This document shows, one piece after another, positions 13,280 to 25,859 of a stretch of DNA of 64,000 bases. The notes beneath the pieces are model-generated. The model was not told the DNA's origin and searched no databases. It saw only the letters and a program-made list of their open reading frames with translations. Location of the stretch: NCBI RefSeq assembly GCF_001194135.2, contig NC_068989.1, positions 43,481,959 through 43,545,958 of the forward strand. Reading direction: 5' to 3'. Position 1 is the first letter of the stretch. Every line of letters begins with the position of its first letter. Both the position numbers and the translations under genes were made by a program. The stretch is from Octopus bimaculoides (taxonomy: Eukaryota).

Positions 13280-13580
13280 CATGACTCAGTGGTAAGAGCG
13301 TTGGGCTCACAATCATGAGGTAGTGAGTTCAATTCTGGGACCGGGCTGTGTTGTGTTCTTGAGCAAGACACTTTATTTCACATTTCTCCAGTTCACTCAG
13401 CTGTAGAAATGAGTTGCAATATCACTGGTGCCAAGCTGTAACAATCTTTGCCTTTCCTTTGAATAACATTGGTGGCATGGAAAGGGGAGGCTGGTAGGCT
13501 GGTTTTCCATAAACAACATTGCCCAGACTTGTGCCTCAGAGGGAAACTTTCTAGGTGCAATCCCATGGTTATTCATGACT
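13280..13580 (+). mobile_element. tRNA-derived SINE family D
   Basis: atgactcagtggtaagagcgttgggctcacaatcatgaggtagtgagttcaattc...ggtgcaatcccatgg. Inverted copy at about 30255-30550, and a related diverged copy at 41340-41600. Confidence 0.8.
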
Positions 13581-13859
13581 GGACAAGGTCTTTATTCCTT
13601 TGTTCCATTTACTTCAAGATACACTGTTCTAAAAAAAAAAATTATTTCATGTTCTGTCAAAGCTTATAAATAAATTCTTATGACATCAATAACATGTACG
13701 TATGTATGTACAGTTGAAAAGGGGATAAAAATCCATACCAATCAAAGGTTATAAGTAATATTGGAAACAGCATGGCAGTACGTTTGCAGATTCTTTTTAC
13801 TTGCTTTAGTCAGAAAGGTTAAGAATTTTTATGATTATTCAGTTCCCAGGCCCCTCTTG

Positions 13860-14230
13860 TTTATCATAGTCCTCCAGGCCACAACAGGAATTCAAGACTG
13901 GCTGCACTTGGGAGCTCCTCTATGCTGATGACTTTGTTCTTACAGATAGAAGAATCACTGCCTGAACTAGAGAGGAAATTTCAGGTGTAGAAGCAAGGTC
14001 CGGAATCTAAGGGCCTCAGAGTTAATTTAACAAAGACCCAGTATGTAGGAAAACAGACATATCACAAATCCCATCAGGGAGATGGCCCTGCTCGCTGAGT
14101 TAAAAAGGTGTTGGTAGAAACTCTATTCAGTGTTCCCAGTGCAAGCTTTCAACATATAAGAGGTATATCAGTATCACAGGATGGTTGATGTGCAGACTCC
14201 ATAAACACTTAGATTGAACAGAGAATAGAC
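13860..14230 (+). mobile_element. RTE-clade LINE reverse transcriptase fragment
   Basis: Decayed WELLYADDFVL..LPELERKFQV.KQG.ESKGLRVNL.KT and ..GVGRNSIQCSQC; YADD at about 13921-13932. Confidence 0.85.
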
Positions 14231-14280
14231 TTCCTCAAATGCCCAGGTGATTTACAGGTTTTCATTTTTATTCAGAATAT

Positions 14281-14323
<43 letters not shown>

Positions 14324-14694
14324 CTCTCTCTCTCTCTCAGCATGNNNNNNNNNNNNNNNNNNNNNNNNNNNNNNNNNNNNNNNNNNNNNNNNNNNNNNNN
14401 NNNNNNNNNNNNNNNNNNNNNNNNNNNNNNNNNNNNNNNNNNNNNNNNNNNNNNNNNNNNNNNNNNNNNNNNNNNNNNNNNNNNNNNNNNNNNNNNNNNN
14501 NNNNNNNNNNNNNNNNNNNNNNNNNNNNNNNNNNNNNNNNNNNNNNNNNNNNNNNNNNNNNNNNNNNNNNNNNNNNNNNNNNNNNNNNNNNNNNNNNNNN
14601 NNNNNNNNNNNNNNNNNNNNNNNNNNNNNNNNNNNNNNNNNNNNNNNNNNNNNNNNNNNNNNNNNNNNNNNNNNNNNNNNNNNNNNNNNNNNNN

Positions 14695-14829
14695 GTGCCG
14701 ACTACATAAACAAACGATTCTGAAACAATTAATTCTAACCCTAACCCTCACCCTAGGGTTAGGGTTAAAGCAAATTTAAAATGAAAAAAGCAAATAAAAC
14801 GAAGAATCGTTTGTTTATGTAGTCGGCAC
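14695..14829. mobile_element. 135-bp foldback/MITE with telomere-repeat core
   Basis: Perfect 27-bp inverted repeat gtgccgactacataaacaaacgattct around (TAACCC)~3-TAGGGTTAGGGTTA. Right end is followed by TTAA; left flank is a gap. Confidence 0.75.
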
Positions 14830-15148
14830 TTAATTTCAACCAATCACTGACGTCCATTCAGTCGATATACATTATCGAAATAAGACAATTTTTTACATGA
14901 AATAAATTCGAATACAAAAATATTTTTCTGTTCTATAACACAAAATAGATAAGTATACAAAGTTTGAAAGTCTTTCCGTACCAAAAACACTACGTAAAAC
15001 ATTAATGAAAAATGTGGCCCCCGTTTTAAAAAAGATCCAAAAGTAGATTTAAGGATGGTTGAAAGTTCTAATGATAGGATTTTCTATTTTGTATGTGTAG
15101 GTTGAGTTTCATTGTGTCAAGAGTAAAATTTTTATCTTAACTGCATTA

Positions 15149-15219
15149 GTGAATACAGGACAGGTGAATACAGGACAGGTGAATACAGAACAGGTGAATA
15201 CAGGACCGGTGAATACAGG
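15149..15219. repeat. 15-bp tandem repeat GTGAATACAGGACAG, about 4.7 copies
   Basis: Directly visible, near-perfect. Confidence 0.95.
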
Positions 15220-15513
15220 TCATTTATTGATACACTTAAATATCCATTTTTAGAAACAGTTCAAGAGACTTACTAACACATAGTTTTGTGTAAACTATAG
15301 ATCCTTATTTATTGACTAACTGTGGATGATTCCATATTTAACAAGAAAAGATGACTAGGATGGAAACAAGGAACACTGCATTTACAAATTTTCTAAAAGA
15401 TGTTCCTTCAACATTTATGAGCAGCAAAACCATGTCAAGTAATAAATCCAACACAAGCAACAAAGAAATATCAAACTAGAGATTTGTATATTATTTGTAA
15501 AAGATTCATTTAA

Positions 15514-15724
15514 CCCTTTAGCATTCAAACCAGCCATATCCGACCCAATACTCCACATGTTCTATGTTCAAACTGGCTATATGTGGCCTCATCCTACAAT
15601 GTCATTCCACAAGTAAACAATCACATCATCAAAATTTCAAAACTTTGAGGTAATGCATGGTTAATTCAAAACAATCTGAATAAATAAGCATTACATTTGA
15701 TAGAGTAATCTGAATGCTAAAAGG
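15514..15724. mobile_element. TTAA MITE family E copy
   Basis: TTAA on both sides, TIR ccctttagcatt / aatgctaaaagg. Confidence 0.8.
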
Positions 15725-16764
15725 TTAATCAATTAATTAGTTGACTAGCATTTTATTACTAAAAAAGAATATCTTATTAAACCTTATTCAACACTTTGAA
15801 AATTTCTTGTTAATATCAGAGAGAATGTAACCATCCTTTGTAATATCACTTCATTACAAATTAGTGTCATAATAATTCAGTTAGTTCTAAATATTTAACT
15901 ATTAAGTCTATGTATTCCTGTGATTTATTAGGACACACAAACCAATCTCTACTCAGATGTGTAAAGTAGCTAATAATCCCTTATACATATCTATGTAGCT
16001 GTCCTCAAAAGCAATTAATTTGTAATCACCACATTCTCATGAGCTTGTAATGCTAACTACTTAGGTTTATCCACTTCAGTGAGGAATACACACATTTCTG
16101 TGATGAGGCAGCAATGTACTCCACCCAGTATCATTGCATCCTCACCATTTGGCAGTGGGAGACAGAGAGAGAGAAACCAACCTCAGGAGAGATGTAAAGC
16201 AAAGTTGATGATGGTGGGAGTTAAGCTCAAAACACAAAAAGCTGGAACAAATACAAGGCATTTGTCCAACCATTCAAGATTTTTCCAATTAATCAACCTT
16301 GACATCAATGCTAATTAACAATCACATTTCATCTAAGTGAGTAAGTGCCAATTCATTTAATCATTATTGCCTGTTCCTTATTGTTTCATGTATCAATTCG
16401 TTTCAATAAGCATCATTTCAAAAATTGATTGAAGAAATTTTTTTTAAAACTCAACCAGGGCCTGCTTCTTCTGGGAAGTCACCACTGAAATGGGACATAG
16501 AAGAGAAACAACAACATAATGTAATCAGGAACAACAACATAATGTAACTAATTGGCCAGATCTAGCCTCGCACACCAACCCTACAATATCATTCTAAAAA
16601 TTAACAGTTACCTCATCAAAATCTCAAAGCCACAAAATACATAATTCAAAACATTAATTTAGACAGAATGTGAATGCTAAAGTGTCAACCTTACATTACC
16701 CTGATCCTCAACCTTCTCTCTCTTATAGCTAATATCACACAAGCCAACAAAGGATCCTCTATAC

Positions 16765-16983
16765 CAGTGGCTCTCAACTGGGGTCCATAGAAGATTTTGT
16801 TGTTAAAAATTATGTGCAATAAATCAGTTATACTTATGCAATACACAAGGCATTTTAACAATTTTTTTTATACAATTCCTTTTTTTTTTGTTTTTTTTGA
16901 AAGCCTCAAATGGTTATGTAGGTCCAGAACAGTAAAATAGAAATCAAAAGGGGCAACAGGCAAAAATTGGTTGGGAACCACTG
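16765..16983. mobile_element. hAT (Charlie-like) MITE
   Basis: TIR cagtggctctcaac ... gttgggaaccactg. TSD only partly preserved. Confidence 0.7.
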
Positions 16984-18091
16984 CTGAATATAGTTGCTTG
17001 CCCTGCTCTAAATAGCAGTTAAATCTTCCTGAAGACCCACCATCTCAAAAAGAGGATAGATATTTCATAGTACAATGTTAGATACATACGATGCCCAAGA
17101 AAAAAAAACCAGGGTGGGCACATAGACAATGTATGTCTGTCTGGTCAATCAGAGCCAACCTGATGTTGACAACAATAATCAGTATCATAACCTGATTAAA
17201 ATCAATATCATATTGTTCATTGTAAAGAAAATATTTGGAGAGGTAATTTGGCAGGCAATCATATTCAATGTGAAGCGCATCAGTTCTCAGGAGGCTGATA
17301 GATTAGTTTATGAAATAAATTATTCAGAAGTTAAATTATTAGGAGAAAGATATTTGCTCTCTTCTCCAAAAAAGGGAAAACTTACAGAATAAAGTATGGT
17401 GGTAGTGGTGATAGGGGCACCATGTGTGCATTTGTTATTATCTCTATTCATCTGTATGTGTTTACCCAAGATATTTCTGTCATCATTCCCCTCTCCAGTT
17501 ATGAAGGCTGGAAACCAATAATGATGACTTTCTGACCAGTAAACTGATAAACTTCCTCCACCTCTTCACTAACTTCCATCAAAACAAACGATAGTTATTT
17601 CCCAGGTTATGTCTGTTAGTATCTATGTGAATGAACTGTTATTTCAGCCGGGTGAAAAAAAAAGTAGAGTGCACGTGCATGTGTGTGTGTGTGTGTGTGT
17701 AGTGCATACACCCCTCTGCTTGTGTGGTGAGGGAAATAACAAAGGTGGCTAGACACAATATAAAACCAGAAAGGAAAAATTTAATTGTCACACATTGTGA
17801 CTGTGGGTGCATGGTAGCACCAACAGTGCAAGAAATAAGAGTCCAAGACCCTTATAGCTACAAGCACGGCACAAGTCTACATACTGACAGGTGAGTTAAC
17901 TGTCCCACAGTTAAGCTAGGGGACTATGTTGGCAAGCCAATTTCACTTGAGATTAAAGCTCATCAGCAGTATTACTCCATCACTGACAGTTAAGTCAAAT
18001 CCAGCCTGTCAGTATATAGAATTTACCATAGGAGCCAATGGCTGACTCAGCAAAATAATGGATATGTAGCAGAGACTGTTTTTGAAACAAG

Positions 18092-18127
<36 letters not shown>

Positions 18128-18572
18128 NNNNNNNNNNNNNNNNNNNNNNNNNNNGATTCTTTATGTGAATTTGTGTGTTGAAGCATATTTTATTGTGTCT
18201 GGGGTGAGTCATTCTTTTTTAGTGCCCTTGTTTAACACTCACCTGTTTGATTTCCACTCATTTTTTTTGCCTAAAATTTTCATTGCGTCTTGCAACTTTA
18301 TCAATAGTCGTTGACTGTCAGTTACCAGAGCTGTGTTCTTTTTGTTTGTGCGCATGTGTATACACATGCATATGTATGTAAGTCTGTATGCATGTATGTG
18401 TATGCATTTCTGTACATTAAGTATGTATTTTGCATATTCATGTGCTTATGTGTTCATGTTTGTGTGTTTCTATGTGTGTGTGTGTGTGTGTTTCTCTGTG
18501 TATATGTCTTTGTGTGTGTGTGTGTGTGTGTATGTGTGTGTGTGTTTCTATGTATGTGTGTGTGTGTGTGTG

Positions 18573-18612
<40 letters not shown>

Positions 18613-18617
18613 CCCGT

Positions 18618-18688
18618 GGGCATATGGTGTAGTGGTTAAGAGCGTGGGTTACCAACCCAAAGATTCCAAGTTCAATTTCAGGCAGTGA

Positions 18689-18730
<42 letters not shown>
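18618..18730 (+). mobile_element. tRNA-like SINE head followed by (AAT)n running into a gap
   Basis: gggcatatggtgtagtggttaagagcgtgggttaccaacccaaagattccaagttcaatttcaggcagtgacc has A- and B-box-like motifs but imperfect stems. Confidence 0.6.
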
Positions 18731-19445
18731 NNNNNNNNNNNNNNNNNNNNNNNNNNNNNNNNNNNNNNNNNNNNNNNNNNNNNNNNNNNNNNNNNNNNNN
18801 NNNNNNNNNNNNNNNNNNNNNNNNNNNNNNNNNNNNNNNNNNNNNNNNNNNNNNNNNNNNNNNNNNNNNNNNNNNNNNNNNNNNNNNNNNNNNNNNNNNN
18901 NNNNNNNNNNNNNNNNNNNNNNNNNNNNNNNNNTTTACTGCTAACAAGGGGCTACACACAGAGGGGACAAACAAGAACAGACAAATAAATTAAGTTGATT
19001 ACATCAACTCCAGTCTGTAACTGGTACTTAATTTATCGACCCCCGAAAGGATGAAAGGCAAAGCCGACCTCGGCGGAATTTGAACTCAGAACATAAAGAC
19101 AGATGAAATGCCGCTAAGCATTTCGCCCGGCATGCTAACGTTTCTGCCAGCTCGCCACCTATTTTGGCATAGTTTCTCTGGCTGAATGCCCTCCCTCAAG
19201 CCAATCACTTAGAGTGTACCAAGTGTATAGTATCTTGGTATCAGCACTAGACAAAAGAACTTTCTTACTTTATGTTATCAATTTATTTCAGAAAACACAA
19301 CAGAGAATAAGGCAGGAATATATGAGTGAGGAGGAAGTGGGAGTGATGGAAGAGACAGTGATAGACAGCTTCGTGCTGGTTGTTGGTAAAGAGATTGAGT
19401 AAAAAGAAACATGAATGGAAGTGATGAGAGAGGAAGTGATAGATA

Positions 19446-19834
19446 TTAATGTTGTTGGCACTCCGTCGCTTACGACATCGAGGGTTCCAGTTGATCCGAT
19501 CAACGGAACAGCCTGCTTGTGAAATTAACGTGCAAGTGGCTGATCAATCCACAGACACGTGTACCCTTAACGTAGTTCTCGGGGATATTCAGCGTGACAC
19601 AGTGTGACAAGGCTGGCTCCTTTGAAATACAGGTACAACAGAAACAGGAAGAAAGAGTGAGAGAAGGTTGTGGTGGAAGAGTACAGCAGGGTTCGCTACC
19701 ATACCATGCCGGAGCGTCGTGGAGCTTTAGGTGTTTTCGCTCAATAAACACTCACAACGCCCGGTCTGGGAATCGAAACCACGATCCTATGACCGCGAGT
19801 CCGCTACCCTAACCACTTGGCCATTGCGCCTCCA
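19446..19834 (-). mobile_element. Young tRNA-derived SINE (CpG-retaining)
   Basis: Minus-strand head tggaggcgcaatggccaagtggttagggtagcggactcgcggtcataggatcgtggtttcgattccc has A/B-box-like motifs and is followed by a non-tRNA body. Confidence 0.8.
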
Positions 19835-19920
19835 TGATAGATATTAATAATGAGTGATGGAATATGTATGAGCTGAAGAGACAGAGGGAGTGTGTGGGCA
19901 ATGGAAGGCAATAAAGATAG

Positions 19921-19964
<44 letters not shown>

Positions 19965-20762
19965 NNNNNNNNNNNNNNNNNNNNNNNNNNNNNNNNNNNN
20001 NNNNNNNNNNNNNNNNNNNNNNNNNNNNNNNNNNNNNNNNNNNNNNNNNNNNNNNNNNNNNNNNAAAGAAAGAAAAGGAGAAAAGAAAAGAAAAAAGAGA
20101 AATGAAAAAGAAAGAAAAGGAGAAAAGAAACAAAAATATAATCCTAACAAAGAGCCAAAATTTATCTTGATTTCTCACAACACTCAGCCTCCAGATTGCC
20201 TTATCCAGTAGACTATTAAAAGATGCTCCTTGGCATGGTGTATCTGGGATTACCTTATCCAATGTACCATTTCCTTTTCAAGGTGGTAAAGGGAGATTTG
20301 AAGAAAAATTAGCTGCTATTTCTAGCAAGTTAAGCAACCATATTTAGGCTTTTCTATATGAACCCACACAAGTATAGAGAGCGAGTATACAGAAGAAAAC
20401 CAGAAAGTATTTTCTGACAATTCTTACCTTTTGTTTTTTCCCTATTATATTCATTGGCAATGTAGATTAAATATTTTCCCCTAGCAAATACCACCAGGTA
20501 CTACTGACTGTTCACACATTTACCTTCAACTCAGTAGTAAGCATCACAAAGATGTTAAGTACTGAACCATTTAAGTGAGAACAGAATGTAACCAACCAGG
20601 TTCATATTTTTATAAATACTATGTGAATGAAAGGTAAAACTAAAGCTGAAGAGAAATTGAAATCACGTCTGACATAATTAGTTAAATACTATTCACCCAC
20701 TGCTGCCTCAAGCATTTATGTTGGGCCTCTGCCAATAGTTGTCAGTACTTCTTCTGAGATGA

Positions 20763-20793
<31 letters not shown>

Positions 20794-22377
20794 GTGTTTC
20801 AGTAAACATCTTTTTTTTGTCATCTTATAGGAGGAAAGGCAATGCCCATCATGACCCTTTAAGGGACCACCAAGAATGAAGTGAGGAAACCAGAGACATG
20901 GCCTGAATGCATGCAAAAGAGTAGACACTGCTAAAAGCACCTGAGGTACCAGGTGATAGTGTTAAGCCAGGCAATGGGTTAACTAAACCATTAGCATTCA
21001 CATTCTTTTGTCAAAAGTAACACTTATTTATTCACATGGTTTTGAAATAATCATGCATTTTCATGTAGCTTTAAGATTTTGATGGAGAAAACTTAGGTTT
21101 TAGAATGTTGTAGGGTTGCTGTGAGAGGCCAGATCTCACCAGTATGAACATAAAACAGAATATTTTGGACGGATATGGTCAGTTTAAATGCTAAAGGGTT
21201 AAGTTTAGCATTAACCCTTTGGGACATGGTGGGACTGAACTCCTACTGCAAAGAGCAGGGGCAAATACAAGGCATCTGACCCAATGCTCTTAATTTTACC
21301 AATCTACCACCTTTGAAAGGTACATTTTTTTCTTTTTGTTTTTGTTAAAATCAATCCTGAAAGGTTGGAAGGTCAAGTTGATCTCAGCATGATTTGAAGT
21401 CAGAGAACAAAGTCAGAACAAATACTATGGCGTATTCTTATATTCTGTCTGACACTCTACAGACTGCCAGTTCACCACTCCTGTATATATTCATTCTTAT
21501 TTGTTCTTATTCCAATCCTCAACTCCCAGATCTCCATTTCTGCTCTCATTGTTCTCTCTCCTATTCCTCTCTGCCATCTTTACACCTCTCAAGTTGCCTG
21601 TGTTCATGCAAGGTCTCTAGTGTTGATTGATACTCAGACAGAACCCACCACCCTGCTCACCCCAAGTTAATGCTAAGCCTCCCTACTGCTTGTGCCAAAG
21701 ACAAAAAATAAATAAAAATGCATCTAGTACAACAATACTAGTATAATCTAGTAAAGCAGACATAATGATGATGAAGTTATCAACATACAACATACAAAAG
21801 ATGATGATAATAATCATAATAATAATAATAGTTTTCAAATTTTGGAACAAACCTAGCAATGTAATCAACTTAACCCAGGAAGGAGTCAATTAGGTACTTA
21901 TTTTACTAACCCCTGAAAGGATGAAAGACAAAAATAAACGTAAAAGACAGAGGCCACTAAACATTTTGCCCAGCATGCTAACAATTCTGCCAGCTCACCA
22001 TCTAATACCTATAAGCATTTAAATTAAACCTAATAACAAAAATCAATAATGGCAATGCTCCAGCATGACCACAGCCTTTGGTCTGGAATACAAAGATAAA
22101 AGCGCAACAGCCACTGCTATATCCTAACTGAGGTTATTTCGCTCTAACTTTACTATCTAGTGATATGTCTATTAATGCATAAATTTATAAATCTTCATTC
22201 AATTGTGCTTTCAATTTGAATACACAAATGCAGAATAATATAGAACGTGCCACATTTTTCTCATGTTAACCTTTTCGCTTTTTTTTTTTCACTGATTCCA
22301 CTATTTCCGTTTCTTTACCTCCCCTTCTTCCCACTTCTCTCGTTCTCTGAGATAGAGAGATATGTATAGCAATAGAG

Positions 22378-22567
22378 ATAGAGTGAGAGAGATAGAGACA
22401 GAAAGAGTGAGAGAGATAGAGACAGAAAGAGTGAGAGAGATAGAGACAGAAAGAGTGAGAGAGACACAGAGAGAGAGACACAGAGAGAGAGACACAGAGA
22501 GAGACAGAGAGAGACAGACAGATAGAAACAGAGAGACAGAAACAGAGAGACAAGGACAGAGAGAGAC

Positions 22568-22600
<33 letters not shown>

Positions 22601-23017
22601 CAAAGACAGAGAGACAGAGACAGAGAGACAAAGACAGAGAGACAAAGACAGAGAGACAAAGACAGAGAGAGACAGATAGAAACAGAGAGACAGGGACAGA
22701 GAGACAAGGACAGAGAGACAAAGACAGAGAGAGAGACAGAGAGAGACAGAGAAACAGGGACAGAGAAACAGGGACAGAGAGAGACAGAGACANNNNNNNN
22801 NNAGGACAGAGAGACAAAGACAGAGAGAGAGACAGAGAGAGACAGAGAAACAGGGACAGAGAAACAGGGACAGAGAGAGACAGAGACAGAGAGACAAAGA
22901 CAGAGAGAGACAAAGACAGAGAGACAGAGAGAGAGAGACAGAGAGAGAGAGATAGAGAAACAGAGACAGAGAGAGAAAGACGGACAGAAAGAGAGAGAGA
23001 GACAGAGACAGACAGAC

Positions 23018-23050
<33 letters not shown>

Positions 23051-23090
23051 CCGAGATAGAGACAGAGAGACAGAGACAGACTGATTCCTT
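22378..23090. repeat. Compound (AG)n/(AGAC)n microsatellite
   Basis: About 700 bp of gagacagaga-type units. Confidence 0.95.
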
Positions 23091-23370
23091 TCCATTGAGT
23101 TATTACCACCCTTTGTGTAACAGAAAACACAGATCACAGGTACAATGAAAATAAGAATAACAATAAAATAAGGGATATCCAAGTAAATTCATCTCAGACA
23201 TACAGAGCAGTTATATTAAAATCTTGTATATTTACTTCCAAGAATTCATGCAAGAGCAGTCCTCTAGGAAATCATACTGGAAGTCATGTTTTAATACTAT
23301 TAATTAGAAGTATTAGTAGCAACCATAGTATATATCTGATACTTTATTTTTCTCAAAATACAATATATAG

Positions 23371-24012
23371 GTGCAGGCATGGCTGTGTGGTAAGAAGTTT
23401 GCTTCCCAACTACATGATTCCAGGTTCAGTCCCACAGTGTGACATCTTGAGCAAGTGACTTCTATTAAAGCCTCATGTTGACCAAAGCTTTGTGAGTAGA
23501 TTTGGTAGACAGAAACTGAAAGGCGGCGAGCTGGCAGAAACGTTAGCACGCCGGGCAAAATGCTTAGCGGTATTTCGTCTACCGTTACATTCTGAGTTCA
23601 AATTCCGCCGAGGTCGACTTTGCCTTTCATCCTTTCGGAGTTGATAAATTAAGTACCAGTTACGCACTGGGGTCGATGTAATCAACTTAATCCCTTTGTC
23701 TGTCCTTGTATGTCCCCTCTATGTTTAGCCCCTTGTGGGTAATGAAGAAATAAGAAACTGAAAGAACCCTGTCGTTTGTGTGTATATGTATGTGTGTGTG
23801 TGTGTGTGTCTGCGTTTGTCCCCCACTGCCAACTGACAACCAGTCTTGGTGTGTTTATGTCCCCATAACTTAGTATTCCTGTAAAAGACTGATAGAATAA
23901 TAAGTACCAGGTTTAACAAGCAAATGAGTATTGGGGTCGATTAGTTGGAATAAAATTCCTCAAGGCGGTGCCCCAGCATGGCCGCAGTCTAATGACTGAA
24001 ACAAGTAAAAGA
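23371..24012 (+). mobile_element. tRNA-derived SINE family A with a family B SINE nested at 23520-23752
   Basis: Head gcaggcatggctgtgtggtaagaagtttgcttcccaac and tail ...gactgaaacaagtaaaaga. The nested B copy is flanked by agaaactgaaag duplicates. Many further A copies, e.g. 421-565, 27870-28250(-), 31030-31352(-), 31780-32172, 34575-35065(-), 35325-35668, 45320-45625, 48940-49135(-), 49995-50358(-), 62530-63115(-). Confidence 0.85.
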
Positions 24013-24791
24013 TACCAATCAAGTACAAGTAGTTGATACAATCCTCTCCAGAAACATGGCCTTGTAGCCATGTTAGAAATCCAACATTAGATGAGCTAAT
24101 ATATTAAGTATTAGCAATGAGAGTAGAAAAAAAGTTTCAGAGAGAACAAAAATTAAATGATACAAACTGCCACTAGAATGTTATGGCTAGTGACACACAT
24201 GACATTTTGTTTGACTAAACAGCACAAGGCCAAATTTTATAGCAAGAGATTATATAGTTTTTGTTACATCAACAACAATGCATTACTTACTACTAGCTTT
24301 TATAACAAAGAAATGACAAGCAACTATGAACTGGTGAGAACATTTGTGTGGTTAAGAAGTTCACTTCTCAACTGAATAGCTTTGTCTCAGTGTTTTCTAC
24401 TATCGCCCCAAGCTGGTCAAGGCCTTGCGAGTGGATTTGGTAAAGAAAAACCTAAAGAAATCTGTTGTATACATGTGTGTGAGTCTGTACTTCCTCAGTA
24501 CTTCACACGCATGCATGTTCACTGGTTGTAAACAATAGCTTTGCTGAGAGTGTTTGTTTGCAGCCCACTGCAAAAGGATGTCCCCAAGATACTTAACAGA
24601 TCTTGACATGTTGTACAATCTTTATAACAACAGATTCATTCATACATTATTTGTTTCCAGTTCTCTGCATAAATATGCCAAGGGTGTTTACTGCTTGACA
24701 GACAGGGAGATTATCACTTCACTATTTAAAGTGGGATTTGGAAACAAGAAGTGTAACCAGCTCTAGAAAATTGTGTTCCAACAATACTCTT

Positions 24792-24989
24792 TTCTTTTTT
24801 TACTCTAGGCACAAGGCCCGAAATTTCTGGGAAGAGGGGGGGGGCAGTCGATTAGATCGACCCAGTATGCAACTGGTACTTAATTTATGACCCCAAAAGG
24901 ATGAAAGGCAAAGTCGACCTCGGTGGAATTTGAACTCAGAATGTAAAGACAGACAAAATACCACTAAGCATTTCGCCTGGCATGCTAAA
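24792..24989 (-). mobile_element. SINE family B (second tail variant), 5'-truncated
   Basis: 16-bp TSD TTCCAACAATACTCTT (24776-24791 and 24990-25005). Further B copies near 1840-1955, 18934-19160, 21830-22010, 31395-31600 and 35930-36140. Confidence 0.85.
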
Positions 24990-25704
24990 TTCCAACAATA
25001 CTCTTGACTGACCAATGCAAGCATGGAAAAGTAGACGTTAAAATGATTATGATGATGATACCAATCTTAACATTTCCTTTATGACCAGCTTAATAGAAGA
25101 GGACAGGTATCACATTCAGCTGAATCAGTCACAGTGTATTATTACTTGGCACTTAACTTCATCCGATTTACTAAGTGACAATCTGCTGATGTTGACTTTA
25201 TATAACAGGAGTATCACTCATGTGGCAAAGTTTAGTCTTATCCTGAGGGTTCAATTTTACAAAATTTCAAAATTTTATAATATTCTGTAAAATAATAATA
25301 TATTTTATAGTATTCCGTAAAATAAGTATGAGCATACATTCACATTGGTGCCCAATTAGTCATGATTAACACTAATTCTGACTAGTAAAATCAGTGAACC
25401 TAGTCGCTTCAACCAATTAAAAATAAATCTTAATTTGTATACTGAAAGATGTGACTTATTTTCCCTTCCCTGTGTCTATACATACTAAACTGGGTGAAAC
25501 AGAAATTTCCCTTTTCTTCCTCTGTTCTCATTCTAAAGAATCATAATAGAATTTGTATAAATACCAAGAGATGAGTTTTCCCAACACTTCATACACCTCA
25601 TATTCTAGGCCCCTTTACTATTTACTTTGGTCAACATTATGAATAGGATTTTTAGTACTAAATGTACTTCTTCAGCAATGAAATCTGGTTTATGCTTCAA
25701 TGAG

Positions 25705-25763
25705 ACCAAACTAGTTTGATGCAAGTAAAACTAGTTTCATGCAAGACCAAACTAGTTTCATGC
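25705..25763. repeat. 20-21-bp tandem repeat x3, each with palindrome AAACTAGTTT
   Basis: accaaactagtttgatgcaag-taaaactagtttcatgcaag-accaaactagtttcatgc. Confidence 0.9.
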
Positions 25764-25859
25764 CCCTGTCATATACCATCTCTCTTCAGAGTACTTTAGA
25801 TATTTAGTCTGGCTAATTACCATTTCTGTCAACACCTCTCAGCTATCTAAAGTCAACAT

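Noticed and set aside
15149-15219. CRISPR-like array (also 25705-25763)
   Set aside because: Contiguous tandem units without unique spacers, no cas genes, and a eukaryotic context.
16456-16484. 29-nt minus-strand exon candidate after a good polypyrimidine tract
   Set aside because: Donor GTTGAG is poor and there is no homology evidence.
17386-17507. Minus-strand 122-nt open exon candidate with GTAAGT donor, phase-compatible with the terminal exon
   Set aside because: The region reads like a decayed LINE endonuclease segment (EEVEEVYQF.., FITGEGN..ILGKH). Exonisation cannot be excluded but has no support.
18618-18692. tRNA gene
   Set aside because: Acceptor and T stems do not pair properly and it runs into (AAT)n; better explained as a SINE head.
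20524-20645. Minus-strand segment with strong acceptor and donor
   Set aside because: Stop codons in all three frames; at most a noncoding or pseudo-exon.
22266-23182. Long ORFs of 215-293 aa (SLSLCL...)
   Set aside because: Translation of an AG/AGAC microsatellite.
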